From an uncultured Clostridia bacterium (lineage in GTDB: Bacteria > Bacillota > Clostridia > Christensenellales > Aristaeellaceae): a DNA stretch of 64,000 nt. Under the pieces are notes generated by a model. The model was not told where the DNA came from and did no database searches. It saw only the letters and a program-made list of their open reading frames with translations. A program made the translations under genes and the position numbers. The stretch spans positions 7,915-71,914 of the forward strand of contig CAKUFI010000003.1 of assembly GCA_934647305.1 (NCBI GenBank), written 5' to 3'. Below are positions 1 through 7,762 of this stretch, piece after piece (within the stretch, counting starts at the first letter, position 1; the number at the start of each line of letters is the position of its first letter).

Positions 1-915
1 CGTTTCAACGTTCAGGCCCGCCGCCGCGGGGGACTCAATCGGCGCGATGTCTGCGGGCGCATCCGCGGCCTCTTCCGCCTTTTCAGCTTCAGGCTGCTTA
101 TCCGCTGCCTCTTCCGCCTTTTCAGCTTCAGGCTGCTTATCCGCGGTCTCGTTCGCCTGTTCAGCTTCAGGCTGCGCGTCCGCGATCTCTTCGCCCTTTT
201 CAGGCTCCGTCGGCGTATCCGGGAGCTCCTCCGCCGCTTCAGGCTGCGCGCCCGGGAGCTCCTCGCCCTTTTCCGGCTCATAGGGCATTTCTTCGTACTC
301 GTCGAAGTCCTCTTCCTCAATCGAGTCCTCCCTGCGCAGCCGGGACGCGAGCTTCTTCGAGCCGGACTTGAACTTCGCGCCCAGCGCAGAGAGCAGACCG
401 CCCGCCTTCGCCAGGTTTTCCTTCATCGCCTGTGCGAAATCAGGCCCGGCCTCCTCCTCGCCTTCGTCCTCATCCTCGCCGGCTTCTTTATATGCCTCGT
501 CGTAGGCCTCGTCATATGACTCGTTATACGCCTCATCATACGACTCTTTGTACGCTTCCTCGTACGCCTCGTCCGCGGGCGCCTCTTCCGGCTGATCCGG
601 TGCGTCGATGCGCTTTTCCTCAGCCGGTTCCGCCGCAGACTCCGCAGCCGCCTCTTTCGGCGTGCCCGTTTCCTCCTTCGGCGCCTCCTGTTGGGGGATT
701 TCCGGCTTGCGGGGTGCCTTTTCCTGGGCAATCGCTTCCGCCCGGGCCTTCGGCGCTTCCTTTTGCGCGTCCGGCTCCTCGCCCATGCGCGCGGTCACCG
801 TTGCGCTGGTCGTCTTGCTGCGACGCTGCTGATCCTCCGCCCGTTCATACTGCCGTTCCAGTTTTTCCAGGAACTGGCCGCATTCGCGCTCTACATCCTT
901 TGCGTTGCGTGCCAT
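1..915 (-). CDS. Acidic low-complexity/tandem-repeat protein, C-terminus beyond window edge (N-term MARNAKDVERECGQFLEKLERQYER...; repeats AEKAEEAADKQPE and YDEAY)
   Basis: Manual translation of minus frame (codons 3k+1..3k+3) is open from nt 936 down to nt 1 with no stop. It is absent from the ORF track only because it runs off the edge. ATG at 913-915 preceded by GAGGTG SD; alternative ATG at 934-936. E/A/K/P-rich repeats, and 38-nt direct DNA repeats at 60-160. No recognised family. Confidence 0.5.
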   Translation of the reverse strand, partial: MARNAKDVERECGQFLEKLERQYERAEDQQRRSKTTSATVTARMGEEPDAQKEAPKARAEAIAQEKAPRKPEIPQQEAPKEETGTPKEAAAESAAEPAEEKRIDAPDQPEEAPADEAYEEAYKESYDEAYNESYDEAYDEAYKEAGEDEDEGEEEAGPDFAQAMKENLAKAGGLLSALGAKFKSGSKKLASRLRREDSIEEEDFDEYEEMPYEPEKGEELPGAQPEAAEELPDTPTEPEKGEEIADAQPEAEQANETADKQPEAEKAEEAADKQPEAEKAEEAADAPADIAPIESPAAAGLNVET

Positions 916-1009
916 CTTCAGCACCTCACACTCCATATTGGATTTTGCTGCAAGGCGTGCGCCGCTTTTTGCGCACAATCCTTCAGTCTTGCTAATTATA
1001 CTCTTTATC

Positions 1010-1037
1010 ATTATACCACACCGCGGGTAAATATCAA
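1010..1037 (-). promoter_or_regulatory. Sigma-A type promoter for the acidic-protein gene (minus strand: TTGATA -35, 16-nt spacer, TGgTATAAT extended -10)
   Basis: Reverse complement of 1010-1037 reads TTGATAtttacccgcggtgtggTATAAT, about 75 nt upstream of the ATG at 915. Confidence 0.4.
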
Positions 1038-1194
1038 GTCATTTCGCAAAAAGTAGCGTAAATTTCCACCCCGCGCGCCCTTTCACCCTGTTTTCCCCGC
1101 CTCGCTGCCTCATTTGGCGCAAAAAAGACCCGGAGTAATCAGAAAATACATGGAGCGCGCCCTGTCCGCATAGAATCAATCGAGGTGATTTGAT

Positions 1195-1497
1195 ATGTCC
1201 GTTCATGCGCTCTTTCGTATGGCGCGCCGCCTGTATCCCGTCGAGCCGCAGGCCGCCGCCCCGTCCTTCTCGCCCGCCCCCGCGCCGGCGCCCCCGCCTT
1301 CGCCGTCCCCGATCGCGCCGCAGGTCTTTCGGCCCTCTCACGCGCTCTACTCCAGCATCACCGGCCGGCACGCGCAGCTTCAGAGGGCCCGGGCCGCCTG
1401 GCAGCCGCCGCAGCCCGCCCCGAGCGCACAGCCTGCCTCAAAAACGCCCGATACGGCCCCGAAAACGCCCGATTCCGTCCCGCTGGAAGCGACCTGA
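1195..1497 (+). CDS. Hypothetical proline-rich small protein (100 aa, PAPAPAPPPSPSP tract)
   Basis: ORF with GAGGTG SD 7 nt upstream of ATG. Low-complexity composition could equally be a GC-rich frame artefact. Lies directly upstream of the sigG homology breakpoint. Confidence 0.25.
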   Translation: MSVHALFRMARRLYPVEPQAAAPSFSPAPAPAPPPSPSPIAPQVFRPSHALYSSITGRHAQLQRARAAWQPPQPAPSAQPASKTPDTAPKTPDSVPLEAT

Positions 1498-1513
1498 AGC
1501 GACGCACGCGCCT

Positions 1514-2023
1514 TTTCGACAGCCGAACGCCATGCCAATGATCATCGGTGAAATCCGCCGCTACCTACGCGACAACAACCCGATCCGCGTCAGCCGCTCC
1601 CTGCGCGATCTGGCCTACAGAGCGCTGCGCACTCGCGAGGCGCTGACCAGCAGCCGCGGCCTGGAGCCGTCCATATCCGAGATCGCCCGGGCCATGGGCC
1701 AGGAGGAGGCCGACGTGGTGCTCGCGCTGGAGGCCATACAGGACCCGGTTTCGCTGTTCGAGCCGGTGTTTCAGGAGGGCGGCGACGCGGTCTGCGTGAT
1801 GGATCAGGTGCGCGACGCAAAGGTCAGCGAAAACGACTGGGTGCGCTCGCTGGCGCTGCGGCAGGCGCTCGAGCACCTGGACGCGCGCGAACGCGGTATC
1901 ATCGAACGCCGCTTCTTCGAGGGGCGCACGCAGATGGAGGTCGCCTCGGAGATCGGCATCTCGCAGGCGCAGGTCTCCCGCCTGGAAAAGGCCGCGCTCA
2001 AGCAGATGCGCCGTTACGTCTGA
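1514..2023 (+). pseudogene. sigG: RNA polymerase sporulation sigma factor SigG, 5'-truncated fragment (regions 2.4-3-4 only; about the N-terminal 95 aa, regions 1.2-2.3, absent)
   Basis: Translation (N)AMPMIIGEIRRYLRDNNPIRVSRSLRDLAYRAL...AIQDPVSLFEPV...FFEGRTQMEVASEIGISQAQVSRLEKAALKQMRRYV is near-identical to B. subtilis SigG (YAVPMIIGEIRRYLRDNNPIRVSRSLRDIAYKAL...ISQAQVSRLEKAAIKQM). Upstream residues in the same frame are P/R-rich and unrelated. An out-of-frame FST codon triplet at 1513-1521 is followed by 4 extra nt, suggesting a junction or indel. No region-2 sequence in any frame of 1190-1513. Confidence 0.8.
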
Positions 2024-2465
2024 GGGAAAAGCGGCCGCGGCATGCAAAGGAATGTTCGCAGAGTGGCGATTTTTCGCAGGCGAATCCGGCAAAACATCAA
2101 ACTTTTTCCGAGCGTTTGACTCAACGCGCTTCAGATCATCCGTTTTAATGCGAACCGGATTCCGCCAGCGAGAGCGCTCCGTACAATGCACATCCGCCGT
2201 TTCCGTGGGAAGCGGTTCGGTCTCGACGCCTCGGAAAGAAGTCTGCGTGTTTCCGCAAACGTCCGCATTTTCCCGGCATATCAGCTTGCCGCGAGGACGG
2301 GACTCCGCACGATTCTCGAACTTACGCGGCTCTGCGGCGCGAAGCGTGCGGTTCCCGCCGGGCGGAAGCGAACTCGCCTATAGAATAGAAAGGTCTGCGC
2401 GATTTGCCGTTTCACGAACATCCATTGTTTCATAGCGGGAATCGTATTGCTTTTCCGGACGCAAA

Positions 2466-2506
2466 CCGTCCCCAGGGAGCTTTTCCCCGGGGACGGCCTG
2501 TTTTTA
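2466..2506. terminator. Stem-loop terminator (ccgtccccaggg...ccccggggacgg, then CCTGTTTTTA on plus); bidirectional candidate at the 3' end of the minus-strand transporter operon
   Basis: 8-bp GC stem plus inner pairs followed by a T-run on the plus strand. Sits 2 nt below the stop of the 2512..3531 gene. Confidence 0.5.
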
Positions 2507-2511
2507 TTCAG

Positions 2512-3531
2512 TTATTCGCCGCGAACCGTGCGCAGCAGCTGTTCAAAGAGTATGCGGTGCGAGGCGTAGACCTGCTCGCAGGTATAGTGCGTGCCGGGCT
2601 CATCGACGACGCACTGGTTGCTCTCGAAGGTCGCGCTGACCGCGCCGCAGACGTGATGCAGCGCGCTGGTCAGGTTGAAGGAGGGCGGCGTCGCGCCCTG
2701 TTCCCTGCCCGGCAGGTCGCGCACGTGGAAGGCGAGGCCCTGCGCCCCGGCCACCTCGTTGCAGCGGATGGCGAGGCTTCTGAGTGCCTGCTGGCACTCG
2801 AGGGTGACGTAGTCGGGCTGCAGCAGGTCGTTGACCGAGTTGGAGCCGCCGTGCATCTGGATCACCCAGTCGGCCGCCTCCGCGTCGCACAGGTCGAGCA
2901 GCGCCTGCGTCTCGCGCGCCATCGGATGGAAGAAGTTGTCGTGCATCAGGTTCACGCCGTCGTCGTTGTAGTACCCGCCCAGGAAATCCACGTAGTCCCT
3001 GATCGGGTGCTGCTTTTTGCACTCCGGCCAGCCGCACAGGCTGCCGTCCTTCCAGGTTCCCTGCATCCAGTACCGCAGCTCGTACCCAGTGCAGCCGATC
3101 ATCGAGGCGGGCTGAACGCGCGCGCGGCCGTCCGCGTTGCAGACCGGCACGATCACCAGCCGCACGCCCTCCGCCGCCTCGACCAGCGAGGGATACGCGT
3201 CGCCGCGCAGGTCCTTTCCGGTTTCCATGAGCGAAATCAGGTTGACCAGCGCGGCCGTGCCCTCGGTTTCGCCGCCGTGTACCGCGCCCAGCAGCGCCAC
3301 GACCGGCTTTTTGCCCTCTACAGGCGCATAGCAACTCTTATCGTGCGCGCCGCAGGCCGAGCTGTAGTTAGCGCGGCGGGTGAATTCCTGTTTCCCGCCA
3401 TAGGCAAAGGCCCAGACGTCGCGGCCGCCGGCGCTTTTGCACAGGCTCCAGGTCTGCGCGCGGCGGGCCTTTTTCGCCCAGGATTCGATGGTTTCAAGGT
3501 CTGTCTTCCAGAAGGCGGGGGCGTTCTGCAT
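2512..3531 (-). CDS. Zinc peptidase-like protein, M14 / succinylglutamate desuccinylase-aspartoacylase (AstE/AspA)-like family
   Basis: HxxE zinc motif in LLGAVHGGETEG. AAGGAGG SD 9 nt upstream of ATG. Last gene of the SBP-permease-permease operon. Confidence 0.5.
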   Translation of the reverse strand: MQNAPAFWKTDLETIESWAKKARRAQTWSLCKSAGGRDVWAFAYGGKQEFTRRANYSSACGAHDKSCYAPVEGKKPVVALLGAVHGGETEGTAALVNLISLMETGKDLRGDAYPSLVEAAEGVRLVIVPVCNADGRARVQPASMIGCTGYELRYWMQGTWKDGSLCGWPECKKQHPIRDYVDFLGGYYNDDGVNLMHDNFFHPMARETQALLDLCDAEAADWVIQMHGGSNSVNDLLQPDYVTLECQQALRSLAIRCNEVAGAQGLAFHVRDLPGREQGATPPSFNLTSALHHVCGAVSATFESNQCVVDEPGTHYTCEQVYASHRILFEQLLRTVRGE

Positions 3532-3570
3532 GGGGATATACCTCCTTTGTTTGTGACCGGGCGCGGGACG

Positions 3571-4458
3571 CTAGCCCTTGATCGCGCCGAGCATGACGCC
3601 CTTGACGAAGAAGCGCTGCAGGAAGGGATAAATGCACAGCACGGGAATCGTGGAGGCGATGATGGTCGCGTACTTGACGGCCTCGGAATAGGCCGAGAAG
3701 TTGTCGTAGCCCGAGGTTTCGGTGTCCAGGTTGGAGGTGCCCGAGATCAGGATCTCGCGCAGGATGACCTGCAGGGGGAACAGCTGGCGGTCGCGCAGGT
3801 AGATGGTGGCGGGGATGTAGCTGTTCCAGTTGGCGACGATGATGTACAGCGCGATGACCGCGATGACCGGCAGAGCCAGCGGAATCATGATCTTGATGAG
3901 GATGACCCAGTCGTTCGCGCCGTCGATGCGGGCGGACTCCTCCAGGCTGGCCGGGATGCCTCTGAAGTAGGTCATCATCATGATGATGTTGTAGGTGCTC
4001 AGGAGGCCCGGCAGGATCATCGCCCAGCGGGTGTTCACCAGCCCCAGAGTGACCACGACCAGGTAGGTGGGAATCAGGCCGCCGCCGAAGAACATCGTGA
4101 TGGTGATCATGGTCAGAAACACGTTCTTGCCGGGCATGTAGCTGCGGGAGAGCACGTAGCTGGCCATGATGGTCAGGGACAGGCCCAGCACGGTGGACGC
4201 GCCCACGTAGATCAGCGTGTTGCCGTAGCTCATCCACAGCATGGCGTGCTGCAGGATCAGCTTATAGGCATCCAGCGAGAAGCCGCGCGGCCACAGCAGC
4301 AGCTTGCTGCCGTTATACAGCGCCACCGGGTCGCTGACCGAGGCCATGACCACGTACCAGCAGGGGTACAGCGTGGCGACGGTAATCAGGATGAGCAGCG
4401 CATAGACAATCACGTCGAAGACGCGGTCGCTCCAGGTTTTCGATTCAATCATTGCCAT
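3571..4458 (-). CDS. Carbohydrate ABC transporter permease (LplC/AraQ-like)
   Basis: 6-TM permease with EAA-type loop (SARIDGANDWVILIKIMIPLALP). GAGGAGGGG SD. Confidence 0.85.
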   Translation of the reverse strand: MAMIESKTWSDRVFDVIVYALLILITVATLYPCWYVVMASVSDPVALYNGSKLLLWPRGFSLDAYKLILQHAMLWMSYGNTLIYVGASTVLGLSLTIMASYVLSRSYMPGKNVFLTMITITMFFGGGLIPTYLVVVTLGLVNTRWAMILPGLLSTYNIIMMMTYFRGIPASLEESARIDGANDWVILIKIMIPLALPVIAVIALYIIVANWNSYIPATIYLRDRQLFPLQVILREILISGTSNLDTETSGYDNFSAYSEAVKYATIIASTIPVLCIYPFLQRFFVKGVMLGAIKG

Positions 4459-4471
4459 GGTTTTCCCCTCC

Positions 4472-5404
4472 TCAGAACAGGCCGGTCTGGCCGAAGTGCT
4501 TGCTGAGGCGGTCGGCCATCAGAAGCAGCGCGAAGTTGATGATCGAGTTCATCAGACCCACGGCGGACGCGAAGGAATACTTGCCGTCCACCAGGCCGCG
4601 GCGGTAGACATAGGTCGAAATGACGTCCGCCGTCTCGTACACGGAGGGATTGTACAGCAGGATAATCTTTTCAAAGCCCACCGACATGATGCTGCCGATG
4701 CGCAGAATCAGCAAAATCGTGATCGTCGGCAAAATGCCGGGCAGGGTGACGCTCCAGATGCGCCTGAGCCGCCCCGCGCCGTCCACCGCGGCCGCTTCGT
4801 AGAGCTCCTGATCGATGGCGGAGAGCGCCGACAGATAAATGATCGAGTCCCAGCCGACGTTCTGCCAGATGCCCGAGGTGATATAGATCGGGTAGAACCA
4901 CTTGGGTTGTATCAGAAAGTCCACCGAGGCGAGCCCCAGTCCGTTCAAAATGGTGTTGAACAGGCCGCGCGTGGCGCAGAAATCGCGCACCATGGCGCAG
5001 ATGATGACCAGGGAAATGAAGTGCGGCATGTAGGTGATGGTCTGGACGGCCTTCTTAAAGTGCGCCGCCTTGACCTCGTTGAGCAGGATGGCCAGGATAA
5101 TCGGGGCCGGAAAGCCGAAGATCAGCCCCAGACAGCTGATGGACAGGGTGTTGCGGATGGTCTGCCACGCGTACTCGGACTGGAAAAAGTCGATGAAGTG
5201 CTTCAGGCCCACCCATTTGCTGCCCAGAATGCCCCGGGCGACGCGGTAGTCCTTGAAGGCGATCACCAGACCCGCCATGGGCAGGTAGTGAAAGATGACG
5301 TAGTAGGCAACGACCGGGATTATCATCAGGTAGAGTATCCAGCACCGCTTAAAGGCCATGCGGATGCGTTCCGGTCGGTTCAAGCGCGCGTTGACAGCGG
5401 CCAT
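4472..5404 (-). CDS. Carbohydrate ABC transporter permease (LplB/YtcP-like)
   Basis: Motif LSAIDQELYEAAAVDGAGRLRRIWSVTLPGI typical of polysaccharide ABC permeases. AAGGAGG SD. Confidence 0.85.
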   Translation of the reverse strand: MAAVNARLNRPERIRMAFKRCWILYLMIIPVVAYYVIFHYLPMAGLVIAFKDYRVARGILGSKWVGLKHFIDFFQSEYAWQTIRNTLSISCLGLIFGFPAPIILAILLNEVKAAHFKKAVQTITYMPHFISLVIICAMVRDFCATRGLFNTILNGLGLASVDFLIQPKWFYPIYITSGIWQNVGWDSIIYLSALSAIDQELYEAAAVDGAGRLRRIWSVTLPGILPTITILLILRIGSIMSVGFEKIILLYNPSVYETADVISTYVYRRGLVDGKYSFASAVGLMNSIINFALLLMADRLSKHFGQTGLF

Positions 5405-5461
5405 GTTCCAATTCCTCCTTGTATACTGTTTGGCGGCCGGCCGCGCCGGTCAAGCGCCTGT

Positions 5462-5815
5462 GGGAACGTTCGAGAGGCGGCTTTCCTGACCGGGCAGTGC
5501 CCGGCCCCACTTGCTGCCGCGGATTCTATTGACGACTTCGGGAGCCATAGATTGAAGCCCCCGAAGTCTGTGAATTCCCGGAAAGCTCGATAGGATGCAG
5601 CTCTCTCGACCGGGCAGTGCCCGGCCCCACTTGCTGCCGCGGATTCTATTGACGACTTCGGGAGCCATAGATTGAAGCCCCCGAAGTCTGTGAATTCCCG
5701 GTAAGCTCGATAGGATGCAGCTCTCTCGACCGGGCAGTGCCCGGCCCCACTTGCTGCCGCGTATCCTATTGACGACTTCAGGGGGCATAAATTGAAGCCC
5801 CCGAAGTCTGTGAAT
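5462..5815. repeat. Tandem array of three 120-bp units (family A core ...CCGGGCAGTGCCCGGCCCCACTTGCTGCCGC... plus GACTTCGGG-loop-CCCGAAGTC hairpin)
   Basis: Sequence lines 5501-5560 and 5621-5680 are identical; third copy has 3-4 substitutions. The 112-aa track ORF here is a translation artefact of the array. Confidence 0.85.
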
Positions 5816-5881
5816 CCTTTAGAGAAAACCGGCAGGGGTGGCAGCGGCGGGGAGAAGCACTCCTCCCCGCCGCAGGACGCG

Positions 5882-7471
5882 TTACTTGTCCGCGTACAGG
5901 GTGTCGTAGACCTCCTGATAGGCGGCGAGCACGTCCTCGATGCCCATGTCCTTCAGCTTCTGCTGAATGGCGGGAATCTCATCGAGAGAGGTCTGGCCGT
6001 TGACCAGCTTGTCCATCTGGGTGGTGATGTAGGTGTCCAGGTCGACCAGCTTGTCGTTGATCTCCTCCTGCTGCTCGGCGGTCAGCGCCAGCGTGGGCAG
6101 CAGACGGGAGATGTCGTAGTCGGCCTTCCAGCCGTCGGCCGCGGCCGCGGAGAAGGGATGCATGGTCTCCTTGAAGCGGGTGGAGGACATGTGCTCCGGG
6201 AACGCGGAGGTGCCGGAGATGGAGTACAGGTACTCCACGCCCTCCGTCGCAGCGATGTCGGGGTTGGCCGCGATGGCGCCGGTGTAGTCGATCTGCGGCA
6301 CGCCGTTCTCGTCGTACTCGAAGGAGTAGTGCTCCAGGCCGTAGTTGAACAGCAGGCTGCCCTCGTCGCTGTAGATGTAGTCGATCCAGGAGCAGACCTT
6401 CTCGGGCTCCTTGCACACGCCGGTCAGAGCGGCCTGCGCGCCGGTGAACAGGGTGATGTACGCCTGCTCGAAGACGTAGGCGGGGCTGTCGGCGGTCAGC
6501 TTCAGGTTGGGCAGACCCACGGCGGCGAACTGACCCTCCACCGCGTCGGGGTTCATGGCGTTGTTCATCTTGGTGGGCTGGATGCCGTACTCCATGCCGA
6601 CCTGGTTGTTCATGTACTTGCCGTCCAGCGCGGTACGGTCCTGGGTGGCGTAGTCGGGATCGAGCAGGCCCTCCTCATAGAGCTTGCGGACATAGGACAC
6701 CGCCTCGGTGAACTCGGGCAGCAGCATGCCGTGGGTGACCTGGCCGTCCACCAGCTGATAGCTCCAGTGCACGCCGTAGGCCCACATGAGGTTGTAGGGA
6801 GACCAGCCGTTGAGGTTGCCGGCCAGGCCGGACATCGGCCACTCGTCGTTCACGTCGCCGTTGCCGTTCATGTCGTGCTCCTTGAAGTACTTGAGCACGG
6901 TGTACAGCTCGTCCAGCGTGGTGGGCTTTTCAAGGCCGGCCGCCGCCAGCCAGTCGCCGCGGATGTTGGGGCCCGTGTAAATGACGCCGTGCTGGATGTC
7001 GGAGATGTAGTACATCTTGCCGTCGATGGACAGGGTGGGCTTCCAGTAGGGCACCTCCTGGATGGCGGCGTAGTAGTTGGGCATGTGCTCGGGGATCAGG
7101 TCGGTCAGATCGATGATCACGCCGTCCTCCTCCCACAGGGGCGCGCCGCCGGTGACGGTCTTCCAGTTGATGCCGACGATGACGTCGGTCAGCGTCTTGG
7201 AGGCGACCATCAGGTTGAGCTGGGTCATCGCGTCCGCGCCGGCGGCCAGATGCTGGAAGTCGACGTGGGTGCCGGTGCGCTTTTCAAGCTCCTGCCAGTA
7301 GTAGGTCTCGTTGTAGTTGGTGACGCCGATCTTGGAGAGGTGCTCAGACATGCCGGTGAATACGCTCACCGTTTCGGGGTACTCGACGGCGGTCTCCGCA
7401 GAGACGCCCGCGCAGCCCAGCGCGCCGAGCATCAGCGCCAGGGCCAGGATCAGGGACAGGGTCTTTTTCAT
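5882..7471 (-). CDS. Extracellular solute-binding lipoprotein, family 1 (LplA-like, ~530 aa) of carbohydrate ABC transporter
   Basis: Signal peptide with lipobox-like ALGC. Large SBP size and context with LplB/LplC permeases. Confidence 0.85.
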   Translation of the reverse strand: MKKTLSLILALALMLGALGCAGVSAETAVEYPETVSVFTGMSEHLSKIGVTNYNETYYWQELEKRTGTHVDFQHLAAGADAMTQLNLMVASKTLTDVIVGINWKTVTGGAPLWEEDGVIIDLTDLIPEHMPNYYAAIQEVPYWKPTLSIDGKMYYISDIQHGVIYTGPNIRGDWLAAAGLEKPTTLDELYTVLKYFKEHDMNGNGDVNDEWPMSGLAGNLNGWSPYNLMWAYGVHWSYQLVDGQVTHGMLLPEFTEAVSYVRKLYEEGLLDPDYATQDRTALDGKYMNNQVGMEYGIQPTKMNNAMNPDAVEGQFAAVGLPNLKLTADSPAYVFEQAYITLFTGAQAALTGVCKEPEKVCSWIDYIYSDEGSLLFNYGLEHYSFEYDENGVPQIDYTGAIAANPDIAATEGVEYLYSISGTSAFPEHMSSTRFKETMHPFSAAAADGWKADYDISRLLPTLALTAEQQEEINDKLVDLDTYITTQMDKLVNGQTSLDEIPAIQQKLKDMGIEDVLAAYQEVYDTLYADK

Positions 7472-7762
7472 GGGGTTTCTCCTTTCTTACTTGCGGCGGA
7501 CGACTCCTTACAGAAGCGCCCGGCCGGCTCTTGCGTACAATCCGCGTCCAAGCGTCCGCCGACTGCCTTAACACCATATTACCACTGCGCGCACAGTTTT
7601 TCCACTTTCAATTCTTGCGCGGACTGTCATATTTTGCGTTTTGCGACTGTCATTTTTTGATTTTGGATATTTTTCTCTCATTCAGGGGTGATATATTGCC
7701 CGATTTGTGATACAATATGCTTATTACTGCGTGCTTGGACGAAGGAGCGTGGCTTTCCCATG

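Noticed and set aside
1190-2023. 277-aa ORF suggesting a full-length sigma factor
   Set aside because: The first ~115 residues are Pro/Arg-rich wrong-frame translation of GC-rich DNA with no sigma region 1.2-2.3 similarity. Only the C-terminal 164 aa are SigG.
2024-2465. Lower-GC 440-bp region after sigG with ORFs 2052..2435 and 2186..2383
   Set aside because: No SD, no recognisable protein or RNA motifs. Left as unannotated intergenic/possible ncRNA.
2404-4506. 700-aa plus-strand ORF
   Set aside because: Antisense to two well-supported ABC permease genes and the M14-like gene. Gly/Arg/Ala-rich composition typical of GC-rich antisense frames. No SD.
5450-5788. 112-aa ORF with three-fold periodic sequence
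   Set aside because: Artefact of translating the 3 x 120-bp tandem repeat array.
5792-7660. 622-aa plus-strand ORF
   Set aside because: Antisense to the solute-binding lipoprotein gene. Low-complexity G/V/L-rich.
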